From NCBI GenBank assembly GCA_000934665.2, contig JYFJ02000732.1:1-64000 (forward strand): a stretch of DNA of 64,000 nucleotides. The letters are read 5' to 3'. A model generated the notes under the pieces. That model saw only the letters and a program-made list of their open reading frames with translations. It searched no databases and was not told where the DNA came from. The translations under genes were made by a program, and so were the position numbers. Source of the stretch: Catajapyx aquilonaris. Lineage: Eukaryota. Shown here piece after piece: positions 1 through 11,977 of this stretch. Positions within the stretch are counted from its first letter, which is position 1, and the number at the start of each line of letters is the position of its first letter.

Positions 1-97
1 TGCAGTTTCAATATTGGCCCAATATTGAAGCCAATATTGCCCAATATTTCTGCCAATGTTTAGCCAATATGGGGCCAATATTACCTTGCTACATGGG
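1..97. repeat. Probable end of a non-autonomous DNA element with CCAATATT subterminal repeats
   Basis: About six CCAATAT(T)-like copies ending in TGCTACATGGG; the other end is outside the window. Confidence 0.4.
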
Positions 98-207
98 GGC
101 ATGCCGGCCACCCCCAGGTTATACCGGCATGCAGGTCGACCTCGTTTTATATGCCGCTTTATGAGAGGTAATAGGGTATTATATTTCCTTTTCATCAGAT
201 GACATAC

Positions 208-468
208 CCCACTAGTCCTTCCAGACCCCACTGCCAAAGGGTCTTCTTCATCATCAACCTCCCCAGACATGGCCACCACCATCTCTTCCTCCTCCTCCTC
301 CTCCTCCTCCTCCGCTTCCTCCTTCTTGATCTTAAGGAGAGTGTCATCTACAAGAGTAGAGTCCCCATCAAAGCAAGAAGGGGTCTCCTCCTTCAAGAGA
401 ATCTGCCAGGTCTGCTCTGTTGTGATCTCATCTTCTTCCTCCTTCTTTACCTTCAGGATCAAAGACAT
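208..468 (-). CDS. Cassette 1 acidic exon (partial gene; downstream exon outside window)
   Basis: Acceptor tttgcag|GGCCATG; MSLILKVKKEEEDEITTEQTW...EEDPLAVGSGRTSG; phase-0 donor GGG|GTATGT. Confidence 0.8.
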
Positions 469-612
469 GGCCCTGCAAACACAAAGAGTGGAAGTCATGT
501 AATCATGCTAAGTACCAGTTCCAATTAGAAGGAGATACGAGACCTGGAAGAATCCCAATTCCCTTTTAAGGCCGATCAAACCCCTTCTTCTTTCCCGAGG
601 AGACTAGAACAC

Positions 613-666
613 GGCGGCCATCTTGGATTCCTTCTTTTTTTATTATGCAAATGAGGGTGCGTTCCC
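613..666 (-). promoter_or_regulatory. Cassette promoter 1
   Basis: GGCGGCCATCTTGG (YY1-like), ATGCAAAT, GGGTGCGTTCC (+ strand reading). Confidence 0.75.
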
Positions 667-1125
667 ACTGCCGCACAAGGGTGGAAGGACGGGCTTCTGC
701 GCTATCCATCTCCTCTGAACAATCGCTGCTACTGATGCAGAACTGCTACTTTCGTTATTCACAACGCGCTCGACTAGTCGCGTTAAAAAAAAAGGACCCG
801 AGACATCCATCGAGGTATTGTTGCGCCAGGACATCCCATGGGAACTAGGAGATCGGGTATAAATATAAATTCTGTAGAAGAATAATAAACAGTGCTTTTT
901 TTTATTTTAGAGAGAGAGAATGGCATACACCGCTATTATTTATGGAACCGACTACCACAGGGTCATCTTCAACCACCTCAGTCAAATTGGCAAATATCAC
1001 AAGATGTCTCTCCCCTGTATGAATTTGAATGCGAATATTCCAACATGATAAAGGCTTTTCACTAATGGCTTCTGAATCCTGAATGACTTCACATGACATT
1101 TCCAATTATGGGATAACAAACAAAA

Positions 1126-3264
1126 TTATGGCGCAGCAAAACATTGAAGTTTCTCTCCTGTATGGATTCGCATGTGAGATTTCAAATTACTTGAATCACG
1201 GAATTTTTTCTGGCACACCTCACAGGGGAACGGTTTTTCTCCCGTATGAATTTGCATGTGAGTCTTCAACTTACTTGTATCACGAAATTTTCTCTGGCAG
1301 ACCTCACAAGTAAAGGGTTTGTCTCCCGAATGAATTTTCATGTGCTTTTTCAATGTATCGGAAGCACGAAATATTTTCTGGCACACCTCACAAGTGAATG
1401 GTTTTTCTCCGGTATGAACTCGCATGTGAATTTTCCAATTACCTGGACGATTAAATGTTTTCTGGCACACCTCACAAGCGAATGGTTTTTCTCCGGTATG
1501 AAGTCGCATGTGCATTTTCCAATTACCTGGAAGATTAAATGTTTGCTGGCACACCTCACAAGTATATGGTTTTTCTCCTGTATGAATTGGCATGTGCTTT
1601 TTCAATGTACTTAGATCACTAAATTTCTTCTGGCAGACCTCACAAGTGAATGGTTTTTCTCCTGTATGAATTCGCATGTGCTTTCTCAATGTACTTGAAT
1701 CACTAAATTTTTTCTGACACACCTCACAAGTGAATGGTTTTTCTCCTGTATGACTTCGCATGTGCTTTTTCAATGTACCTGGACAACTTAATTTTTTCTG
1801 GCATATATGGCAGCAGTTTCTTTCACTGTGAGTTACCATGTGAATATTCATATCATGCAAAGTACCAAAGAATTTCTTGCATATTATGCACTCAAATGGA
1901 TTTCTTCCATCACGTATTCCCCTGTTAATTTCCTCAAGGATCCCATCCTCTTCTGCTCCGCCTTCAGTTTCCACTTGCACAACCTGGAAAGTGAATAACA
2001 GTGCATTAATTTTGTTTATTCATGTGAATTATTCATGTGATTAGTGTGATGCTGTCAATAATATCTCAGTGGTAACGTGTTGCAAATTGCAAAGTTGACT
2101 GTTTAAATGGTTTTAATTTTCTTGCGGTGATGTGAAGAGGTATTCTGTGTAAGTGTAAATGCCAGGTTATGGGGTATCGCGTCGTTGTTTACTTACAACG
2201 GCGCGATACATCATAACCTGGCAACAACAGAACCGTTGTTCACTATCCGCACATCTCCTAGGAGGCGGACTTTAGTTGCTAGATGGCTCTGCTGCTGCCA
2301 GGTTATGGCACATCGCTTCGGTGCTTACTATCCGAGCACCATCTGTCAACAAAACAGTCCGCTCGCAAATTTTACAAACAAACGTTCTAAAATATAATTA
2401 CGATGTACCCCTACCTTTACCAGCACTCCAACAGACCCGGGCAATGCCGGGTAACCTGCTAGTATAATAATTATAGCAGAACTCTTTGGCTTAGACTCAT
2501 CAGCTGTTTAGTTCTGCATGAACCCAAATAAGTAGTTTGGTTCTGGCTCAACACTCAAGATAAATCATTGTCACAACCATGCCAAACCACTGTTCCGCCT
2601 TCGGGTGCAAGTCCAGGGCGGAAAAGGGCTCATCAGTGTCTTTTCATGGAGCATAAATGTCTTCCCTTTAATATCACCTTTCACATTTCCATGGAGATGC
2701 CACCGCTTCGCAAAGGAAGTACAACATGTCAACAATATATTGAACTTGACCTAAGTAAAGATGGTGGCCTCCCACGGCCTGCCCACTGACCAGTGGGCCT
2801 GCTTCAGCTGTGAAAATGAAAGGATAGGAAGCCATGTATCTAGATATACATATTATAGCAGAACTCTTTGCTCGTAACTCCTCTCCCTAATGAACATGGA
2901 TATGGGGATGAAATCACACGAACAAAAACCGCGTTACATTGTGTAATTTGCTGCGACCTTAGTGTCAAATGTTATATTGCCTTTTCAGCAGATTGCTTAC
3001 TTCACTATTCCTTCCAGAACCTCCTGCCAAAGGGTCATCTTCATCATCAATCTCCCCGGGCATGTCCATCACCATCTCTTCTTCCTCCTCCTCTGCTTCC
3101 TCCTCCTTCTTGATCTCAAGTGGAGTGTCTTCAATGAGAGTATCATCAAAGCAAGAAGTGGCCTCCACCTTCAAGGGACTCTGCCAGGTCTCCTCTGTTG
3201 CGATGTCCTCCTCCTCCTCCTCCTCCTCCGCTTCTTCCTTCTTTATCTTCATCATCAAAGACAT
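1126..3264 (-). CDS. Cassette 2: acidic exon + C2H2 zinc-finger protein (9 fingers)
   Basis: Exons 3264-3001 (GAA|GTAAGC) and 1983-1126 (ttccag|GTT), both phase 0; TGEKP linkers; decayed finger remnants at about 1000-1100. Confidence 0.9.
2435..2462 (+). mobile_element. Helitron-like 3' terminus in intron
   Basis: Hairpin ACCCGG-GCAATG-CCGGGT followed 6 nt later by CTAG|T; 5' end not located. Confidence 0.55.
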
Positions 3265-3548
3265 GGCCCTGCAAACACAAGAGTGGAGGTCATGCGATCG
3301 TGTCAAGTACCACACAAATCATGGCAGCTGAAGAGGAGGAATATTTCTATGGGCAAAGGAAAGCAAATTAGATTATCAACAAACATACCACTGTTCTACT
3401 ACAACTTCCCTGCGACTGCACCTCTCCGTATGTGTGTCCAACAGCACCCTTCGACGGTCACCCACCCTTCCTCCTCCTTGTCAGGGACACTTCAAGAGAG
3501 CCAAGGCATAATCTGCGCCCTCGGGAGAGAGACGATCGATGCTCATCA

Positions 3549-3607
3549 GGCGGCCATCTTTGATTTCCTCTTTTTCTTTTTTAAAAATGCAAATGAGGGT
3601 GCGTTCC
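3549..3607 (-). promoter_or_regulatory. Cassette promoter 2
   Basis: GGCGGCCATCTT, ATGCAAAT, GGGTGCGTTCC. Confidence 0.75.
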
Positions 3608-4304
3608 TGTCGCCATGCACCTGGTTGGAAGGATGGGCTTATGCGCTATCACTGAATAATCGCCGCTACTGGTGCGGAACTGCTACTTCCCTCATTAGCA
3701 GCTATTCTCAATTTGAATTAAAACCTACTTTTTGTTCTCCTCTTCTGCGCATTCCCACGTGGCTTCTCATATTCACATGCCTTTCTTATGGTAAGATGTG
3801 CAACTAAGTGGTGTCTTTCCACTGTGCAGTAGTCCGGACATGGCACAAATCAAAAGCGAGAGTAGGTCAAACAATGTCTCGAAAATAAAACACCATAACA
3901 TGTGAAAAACACAACTGTTTATCATTCATGTTAAGTTGTACGCGACACTGGTGTACAGGATGCTCATGGACTATCCATTGGTCACATGCACAAGAATTCG
4001 GTTCTTTGAAAATGAGTGATAAATCTGCGAAATATGCTATATTTTCTCACATGAGCCATGCATGAATGAGGCTTCGAATGAACATGTTACACCTTGTATG
4101 GATCGCAATTCATGTCACCAAACATGACTGATGATACGCAAATCCATCATTAATAGTTGGCGACCCAAATTCTTGGAAAATGTGACTGAGCATCCACTCC
4201 TGTCCATTATTAACTATGGTGACGACACTGTCAGCAGAGAGGCTAAATGAGAGGCAGGGATGCCTCTGGGCTCTCCACCTGTCATCCGAGCTGCTTTGTT
4301 CCTT

Positions 4305-4500
4305 CTCAGGGCTCCTCAACCACCCTGGACATGGCCACCACCATCTGTTCCTCCTCTGCTTCCTCCTCCTTCTTGATCTCACGAAGCGTGTCTTCCATGA
4401 GAGAAGTCATTGTCCAACCATGGGTGGTGTTTCCTCTTCTAAATGTGACTGCCAGGTCTCCTCTGTTGTGATGTCATCTTCTTCCTTCTACCTCATCATT
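4305..4500 (-). pseudogene. Decayed copy of the acidic exon
   Basis: EEDDITTEETWQSHL and EDTLREIKKEEEAEEEQMVVAMS lie in different frames with stops; resembles the cassette 1 and 2 exons. Confidence 0.7.
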
Positions 4501-4501
4501 T

Positions 4502-6289
4502 TCATCCAGAACTTGTCATCAGCGGGTAGTTGTTGCTCAGGTATGTCGTCAGCGCTAAACGTATATCTTCAGCATTACCTCTTACTGCCCAATTGTTCCT
4601 CGCGTCTCGCACTGGAGGGTAATCTACTTCGACCGCTTGTAACTCTTTCAGCCATTCCTCATCAAAGAATTCTCCACGTTCCTCAACAAAGTTGTGAAGA
4701 AAACAGCATGCAGCAACCACTTTTGGTATGAACGTGTGGTGGATCTCCATCCGTTTGAACAACACCTTCCACCTCGCCTTGAGACGTCTCACCGTGAGGT
4801 CTACCACAGAGTGTCCTTGGTTCAGGTAAAAGTTGAAGGATTCCTCTTCAGGTGATAACTGCCCACGATCTGGATAGCCCTTGATGAGCCACGGAAGAAG
4901 AGGATGAACAGAAGCACCAATAAGGAAAAGAGGTATTTCTTCTCCCTCCACAGTGATTGGTCCCTGATTCAAATGAGAGAAAAAATTATGAACATCATGC
5001 TGCTGGCCATGCTTACACGTCTATCGTCACCTTGGGTAGTTTGTGAGCTGATTTGAACACATGTGATTCTCGAAGCACTCTTCCGTCATGGTCTGATCCA
5101 GGTGCCTGGCAGTTGATGTTGCGAATTCTATTGGGAAGAAAACAAAATTTGCTTAGTGCCTGTAGAATTGCAATAATAATATGACATGCAACATTTCTAC
5201 AATCTGCATTTTGTATGTACCTTAGTGTGTCATCCACAACCAGTTGAAGCACAACAGAGGCCCAATTCTGCTGGTTTATGAATTCACTGCGAGCATCTGT
5301 TGGCGGCATAATTGGTATGTGGGTGGTGTCGATGCAGCCCCATATCTGCGGAATGTTGCAGCGCTTCCTAAACCTGGCAGCAATTCTTTTGGCTTCCTCC
5401 TCGTGGGGTATGGACACAAAGGTCCGCAGCACTACATCGACCACCACTTTGCAAAAGAGTCTGAAGAATTTTCTTGCTGTTGTTCTACACACCCCAAATG
5501 CACTGGCCATTGCCTCCATATCACAACAGTTGGCAAGTTGGTACACAGCCATGGCCATCCTCTTCTCAAGGGACACTGGCTCACGCAAAGAGGCTTGACT
5601 TGGTGACATGTAAGGTCGCAAAAGGTCACAGAGCTCAAAAAAAGTCTCCCTTGTCATCCGGAAATTTGCAATCCAGTCCTTTTCTTGAAACTGTTGGCAG
5701 ACAGTCACCTCCCAAAACACACCCTCCCTCTTCTTCATCCATATCTGTCGCTCTCGGCGACAAGTTAAGGCCATAACAGGTCGAGGATCCATCAAATCCA
5801 TTGCTGCGGTTGTCCATTGCAATTGATGGGAAAGGAGCAGATTTAGCCTACGAGCTCTACGCCTCCTTAGCATGTCCATGAAACACCTGAGCTGGTCATT
5901 CTGTATCAGTTGCACACCAGCCACAACAGTGACTATGTACAGTTGCATGATGGCAAATATTGCCAGCAGTTCTTCATACGTCTGACTTGCAACAGGCACA
6001 GCTACTTGCTGAAATGATTCCGTATTAGTGACTGCTGCTGTGTCTACGATTCTTGCTGTTAACGTACCTGGCTGGCGCTTTCCTGCACAGCCACTGTTGG
6101 TTCATCCGCATCAGTGGCTGGCATGGCTACCACCGATTCTTCCGCTTCCATCTTAACCTCAGCAGGAGCGTCTTCGGTTACAGTTGATGCATCATCACAG
6201 TTAGAAAGCGCTTCCACTTTCACAGCCAGCCTCCAAGCATCCATAGCCTCTTCATTTTCCTCCTCCTTGGCAGTCACCTCTAGCGACAT
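4502..6289 (-). CDS. Cassette 3: acidic exon fused to Harbinger/HARBI1-like nuclease (probably catalytically dead)
   Basis: Exons 6289-6068, 6008-5221, 5127-5031, 4963-4502 with compatible phases; motifs NFRMTRETF, GCIDTTHIPI, GSDHD, RLKARW, ACCFLHN. Confidence 0.85.
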
Positions 6290-6631
6290 GTTCCTAGAAA
6301 ACAACCACTGATCAGAGGAACCATCAAATGAAAAGACTTTGGTGCAATGGCTGCACGTCCAGGAAGCAACCAAAATAATTCATTTAGTTGTACTCAAAAA
6401 TGACCTTGTCTTATTGTCGGGTGGGAAAAGCAGCAAAGACGTTGGGCAGCACCACGATTCAGAACAATATTACCTGCTGGACATTGGCCAGTGGCACTGG
6501 CTTAATACCTCACAACATGTTCCACTCACCCTGAGGAAGACGCACCAGTGTCCATCAGATGAATGGAGTCGAGGAAATCGGGAAAATACTTACAATTAAC
6601 CCGAAATCGACGAATTTCCAAGACTTTTCAT

Positions 6632-7010
6632 GGTCGCCATCTTTGAACCGGATGTTTGGGAGTGCGTTCCCACCGCCGGCCAGTCGCATGAGAACCGATG
6701 GAACAGAAGTAACGTCGCGGTTAAAATTCCCCGTGATATTCCCTTTTTAGAACCGGATGTTTGGGGTGCGTTCCTACTGCCGCCAGGCTCATTATTGCTA
6801 AGCATTATTAACAGAAGTAACGTCGCGGTTAAAATTCCCTTCTGAGAACCGGATGTTTGGGGTGCGTTCTCACCGCCGGCCAGTCGCATTGGAGATTGGA
6901 ACAGAAGTAGCATCGCGGATAAAATACCCACCTTTGAACCGGATGTTTGGGGTGCGTTCCCACTGCCGCCAGTCGCATGATAACAAAAGTAACGTCGCGG
7001 ATAAAATTCA
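6632..7010 (-). promoter_or_regulatory. Cassette promoter 3, with a four-copy tandem amplification of a 75-105 bp unit
   Basis: One GTCGCCATCTT, then GAACCGGATGTTTGGGRGTGCGTTC...GTCGCGG(T/A)TAAAAT units at about 6645, 6750, 6846 and 6936. Confidence 0.8.
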
Positions 7011-7390
7011 CTGCCGCCGCAAAGGAACAGTTATTTCAATTAACTAGTGTTACACGTTAAACTGCTAACCGCTATAGCAGGATCTTGTGACGAATTCGGG
7101 AAACAAATGATTAGCATTTAATTCCAGGCACTTGACTACGAGGTCAAGTAGCAGAAAGGTATGAATATACACGCAAGATTCACATGCAATTAGGATGTAA
7201 ACATATGTCACGGCGGTTAATTGAAAATAAAAATAATATATCAATGGAAAGATGTTCTAAACTTTTTCATGATGTCAAACACTGATGTTCGATAATTCCG
7301 CCTCAGCAAAAAATGATTTGTGTTAGGAAATTTTTATTGAAGTTTGTTACGATTGTAATGATCAGTTTGCAGACTTTGAGTATATCTTCA

Positions 7391-7876
7391 TCACAGCCTG
7401 TGGAGCAATCTTCTGTACTTTTCAACCTCTAGTCTCAATTTCTTGTTCTCTTCTTTGGCCTCCTTCAGCTCTTTCATGAGTTGCTCTCTGGTGCTTCCCC
7501 TCCTTTTCTTACACCCACTTACGACACTTGAAGAAGTACTAGTGATAGACTCCAGGATGTGGTTACAATCCACTGGGCTACGTCCTACATGTCTCAACAC
7601 TGCTTCACCGTCCTTCTGGTTTCGCCTACGTTTTCTTGCCCTCTCCTGCCATTCCTTCCTGGTCTTTCTCTTCTCCAGATCGGTCATGTCAGCTATCTTT
7701 TTCCTCGCAGTTTTCTTCCTTCGAGCATCTCTTCTCTTCACTTCCTCATATTTTTCAGAGTTTGCTTTTAATTTTTCTCTTGCACGTCTCATGCTCAACT
7801 TCCTCGTTTCTCTTCTCTTTGCCAATTCTTTTTCTGTTAATGTCTTGTGCTTTGTTCTTCTGATCTTGGCAGAGAC
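7391..7876 (-). CDS. Orphan terminal exon: basic K/R-rich helix plus coiled coil; candidate alternative last exon of cassette 4
   Basis: Acceptor tttcaag|GTC in phase 0, open to the stop at 7391; no promoter or acidic exon of its own. Confidence 0.55.
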   Translation of the reverse strand, partial: VSAKIRRTKHKTLTEKELAKRRETRKLSMRRAREKLKANSEKYEEVKRRDARRKKTARKKIADMTDLEKRKTRKEWQERARKRRRNQKDGEAVLRHVGRSPVDCNHILESITSTSSSVVSGCKKRRGSTREQLMKELKEAKEENKKLRLEVEKYRRLLHRL

Positions 7877-8275
7877 CTTGAAATTTAAAAAATACGAACT
7901 GTATCATGATTGTTTTCAACATGCTTATTAGTAGCTACAAGCTGGATGACTATCCCCATCAAAAATATACATGCAGTTAAGAGTACAAAGCTAATAAGTC
8001 TATGCAGAACTATGGCACAGTGTGGCACAGGGTAGTATAGACACTAAACAGCTAGAAGCTAACACTAACTTTTATTACGGTATATGAATTTAGCCTCTTT
8101 TTTTTGGCTCAATGACCCCTTTAAAAATCAACACAAATTTAGAGTGCAAGAGCCTAGAGCACTGCTACACATAAGCCTTACTAGTTATTTACTGTACTGT
8201 ACAAAAAGTAAGAAACGAATCCTAAAAGCTACAAAATTTAATAGTAACAAAAGCTTACATTTTACAATCGAAATT

Positions 8276-10959
8276 TTACTGTGGCTGGACCTGGACCATC
8301 TCAGACTCTATCGATTGGAAGTGATGGCGGTTTGCCTTTAAAAACATGAGCCTCTCAAAGTTGTTATCTGAGAGCGCAGCCGTCGATATATCTTTGCCAA
8401 TTGGGCAATGGGGCCCAACTGCAGCACTGGCCGGGATGGCAGTGTTGTATCTGATGAACAGATCTACGAAGATCTGCTCACCCAAAAAGGCTGCGTCAGT
8501 GAGGACCTCCTTTGAGCCAGCCTCCAACCAGGTCTTCACCATGTCCTGGGCTTTGGACTTGAGTGACCTGCGGCTGCTGCTCTTCACGGAACGAGTGACA
8601 CTGCTGAAGAAGTCTTCTTCTTCGTCCTCATCGCTGGTGCCGCTGCGGATGCCCTCCTCACTGCCACTGGTCTCCATCATGGCTCTCTCCACAGCATCCT
8701 CCATGCCCTTCTTGACCCTGGTGAGCTGGCTGTTGTCATACTGCTGCAGCCAGAAGAGGCGAAACCTGGGGTGGAAGGCAGCAGCCAGCTGGCACTCCTT
8801 GTCTTCCATGAGAGGCCCAAACCTCTTTGCGATTCCTGCCAGGATGACGTCTACCAGATGACTGCAGTACTGGAGGCGTTTCGACTTGACCTCCTTCAAC
8901 TTTATGACGGTGGCGGCTACAGTTGGCAGAAGGCTCCCGAGATAAGCCTGGTTCTCCTCTTGGATCTTATCCAAGGCCTTGGCAACACTGGACATTACCT
9001 GGGCGTACTCCTTCAGGAAGCCAATGTCACAATCAGTGAAGGTCTGCAACTGTAGCTGCATCATCACCCTATCCACATCTTCCTTCTTCTTCTCTAGCAT
9101 GTTGTTGAGGTGAACAACAGAATCGTACGTCGAGTTCCATCTGGTGCAGTTGGGAACCACCAGCCTTCTCTGCAACGCATCCAGAATGGTGTCTGCCGCC
9201 ACAGTGCTGCGACTCTGCAGGTTCCACAGCGCCTGTGCCTTGGACATGGCCATCCTGTAGGCTGACTTGAACGAAGCACAATGAAGAGCCTCATGGGTAT
9301 CCATGCTGGCTACCAAATTGAATGTGTGTGCTGCGCACCTCATGTGCACTGGCAGGTCCGGGCTGCTGGACTTCTCAAGTGCGGCATCAACAGAGATGAA
9401 ATCCACTTGGTCCACATCCTCCGAATCCTGTTCCATATCCTCGACTCCCTCAGGATCGGCAGCTGACTCCAGAATGTCTGGCATTGGCACAAGTTCAGTG
9501 CCAAAATGCGCAAACGTCTTCACCACGTTGCTGCCGTTGTCAGTGGTAGTTCTGGTCACCTTGTCCTGAAGGTGGAACTTGTGATGGTTGTCCACCATGG
9601 CCTGGGTGAGAACATCCGATGTAGGTTGTCCTCTGAGCGGAGAGCAAGCCAGGACGGCGTATTGTCTCTTGCGGGTCTTGGGGTCAATCCAGTGTGCCGC
9701 CATCTCAAAAAACCACCTGTTGTGGGCCGACCAACAGTCCGCGGTGGTTGCCACCCAAGAAACATCCTTCAGTGATCTGTAATCGAAAATTTTAAATGGT
9801 AAAGAGAAAGACTAACCAGACAAGTTTTGAGACAGAAAAGCAAAAATAAACATGTATAATAATCATATTAATTAATAATTTATAAAACGTACCTCATAAC
9901 ATATTCCTCCAGCTGTTTATGGTTGGCCGAGATCCTCTTTCCCAGTGTGAGGCGGGACATCGATGTCATGCCGGGGTTGAGTGTTTGGATGAGGCTGACA
10001 AAGGTGCGGGACTCCACTACATGCAGCGGTAGCATGTTGCAGACGAACAGGTCCACAATCTGTGTGTCCACCACAGACTGAAGGACGCCAGCGCCAGGCC
10101 GTAATTGGCCAAACGCCTCGCCAAGGGTGGACTGGCGTGGCTTCTTTGCAAGTTGTTGTGACAACTGGCTGCTGTTCTCGCTACTGGTACAGCTACCAGA
10201 TGATTTCCTGTGGCTGGGTCTCCCACGGGAAGAGCCGTCCTGAATCTTCTTCTGAAACAGGACGTCATGGGCTGGGTGTTTCCTTTTGATATGGGACTTC
10301 AGGTTGTAGAGGCTCGTCGCCTGTCCCTTTATGGTGATCTCCTTCGGCTGGCACAAGATGCAGCAGAAGTACAAGAGATTTGTGTTCTTCTGATCTCTTG
10401 ACTTCAGGACAAAGTAGTCCTCCAGGTGGGGCCACGGGTTCCCACTCTTCCCAGCTTGAGAAGCCGCAGTTGCTGCAGGCTCCTCAACAGACTTACAATT
10501 AGTTAGAACTACACTTAGCGGAAGCCACTAATAGCTTTCAAAGTAAACGCTAATAGCGTCACTAATTAGCGGAACCCTGCCCACCACTGCATTTTCCCCA
10601 ACTATTAGATATCGATGTTTTCAATAAAGTGCAGTGGCACCCACTTTGTGCCGTTAATTGAAAGGAAGTTTAATATGTTACTTCGCGTCTAGTTATTTCA
10701 TGCCATACATTGCCGACATAATTACCTCGCAGGACATTTCCTGAGTAAAGGCTACGGGGTGGCCTCCGCTGCCAGGTTTTGTTGCAACCGGCTCTTCATC
10801 TACAGCCTCCTCCTCCTTAATGCTTCCATTAATGATGTACGCATCATCATTGAAGCATGGCGGTGCGGTATCCTCCTTCACGGCCAATCTCCACGTTTCT
10901 TCCGTACAAATCATCTCCTCCTCAGCTTCCAACTCCTCCTTCTTGATTAGCAGATCCAT
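8276..10959 (-). CDS. Cassette 4: acidic exon fused to BED finger + hAT transposase-derived protein (ZBED-like)
   Basis: Exons 10959-10726, 10491-9893, 9776-8276 in frame; BED finger CILC...HIKRKH; TADCW, TDNGSN, CAAH, TRWNS. Confidence 0.85.
10500..10589 (-). mobile_element. Residual hAT transposon end in the intron before the BED exon
   Basis: CAGTGGTGGGCAGGGTTCCGCTAATTAG with CGCTA/TAGCG subterminal repeats; no clear partner TIR or TSD. Confidence 0.55.
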
Positions 10960-11200
10960 CGACGTGTTCCTGGAAATCAATCACTGATCAGAAGAAAATG
11001 CAGCACAAACAGTAGACTAGGCTTGGTCTTTCCGCCAGCGCTGCCACCATACTCTAGATTAAACCCTGAATAAAAGTTGACCCTTGACCTCCCCCACACT
11101 CTACTCACCCTGAAGAAAGACCTGCAGAGTCCGCACGAGCAGTAAAATGAAATAAACCCAATAAAATCAATCGGAAATCAGCATTTCTTGATCACAAATA

Positions 11201-11240
11201 GGTCGCCATCTTTAAAGTGACGTCACGGGTGCGTTCCCAC
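11201..11240 (-). promoter_or_regulatory. Cassette promoter 4
   Basis: GGTCGCCATCTT, TGACGTCA palindrome, GGGTGCGTTCCCACC. Confidence 0.75.
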
Positions 11241-11977
11241 CACCACCCCAAAACCACAAGGTCGTTCCCTTGTCCAACAATAAGCATAGCTGCTGCCAAC
11301 AGCTAATAACTGTCCGGATAATCGCCGCGACTGCAGTTATTATCATGACAGTTATTCGCTATCCGCTATAATGCTATAATAAGCCACACAAAAAAACTGG
11401 CTCAAGTCATACCGAATATTTATTCAAACTAATATGTCAGCCCAAGCAAAAGTACACAATACAACGAATGACATTCCGCATCTGCGATTGCTTGATTCCC
11501 GCCATGTTTCCATAACGTAATGTCACGACCTACTTTATTTCCATAGGGTTAAAATAAATTTAAATTGTTAACATGTCACAGCACATCAGAACTTGCTCCG
11601 TAAAACATGCTTCAAGTCCGGCTGCCACTTTAAAATATTGCTCCATAATAAGACATTAATTTGCATTGTGCAGTGGTTGAATTCCACTGTTGTCACTTAG
11701 CTACAGAATTCACTCGAACCGTTACCTCTCGGGGATCATTAAAAAGTGAACATCCTTATTATCAAGTTGACATCTAAAAAAATCTGCAACATACACTTAC
11801 TTTGCCGCTACAAAAAGTTTCAATAAGAAAGCTGAATCAAATTTAGCAACATACGATTAGTATTAGCAAGCTCTCAGAAATCAATTTCAAACCAACACTA
11901 TTGCTCAAGAATAAAAAGAAAGTATCTTCCTCTCCTTTCCTTTTTTTTTTCCTCTTCACTACAAACTCTTACTAAGG

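Noticed and set aside
2470..2870. 19-bp direct repeat ATTATAGCAGAACTCTTTG flanking about 360 bp
   Set aside because: Could be a TSD or a local duplication, but the enclosed sequence has no recognisable element features
6645..7010. CRISPR-like repeat-spacer pattern
   Set aside because: Spacers are homologous to each other, the repeat is the cassette promoter motif, the context is eukaryotic and there are no cas genes
8276..10589. Autonomous hAT transposon
   Set aside because: Only one recognisable end, no TSD, catalytic Glu absent and the ORF depends on a host exon for its start
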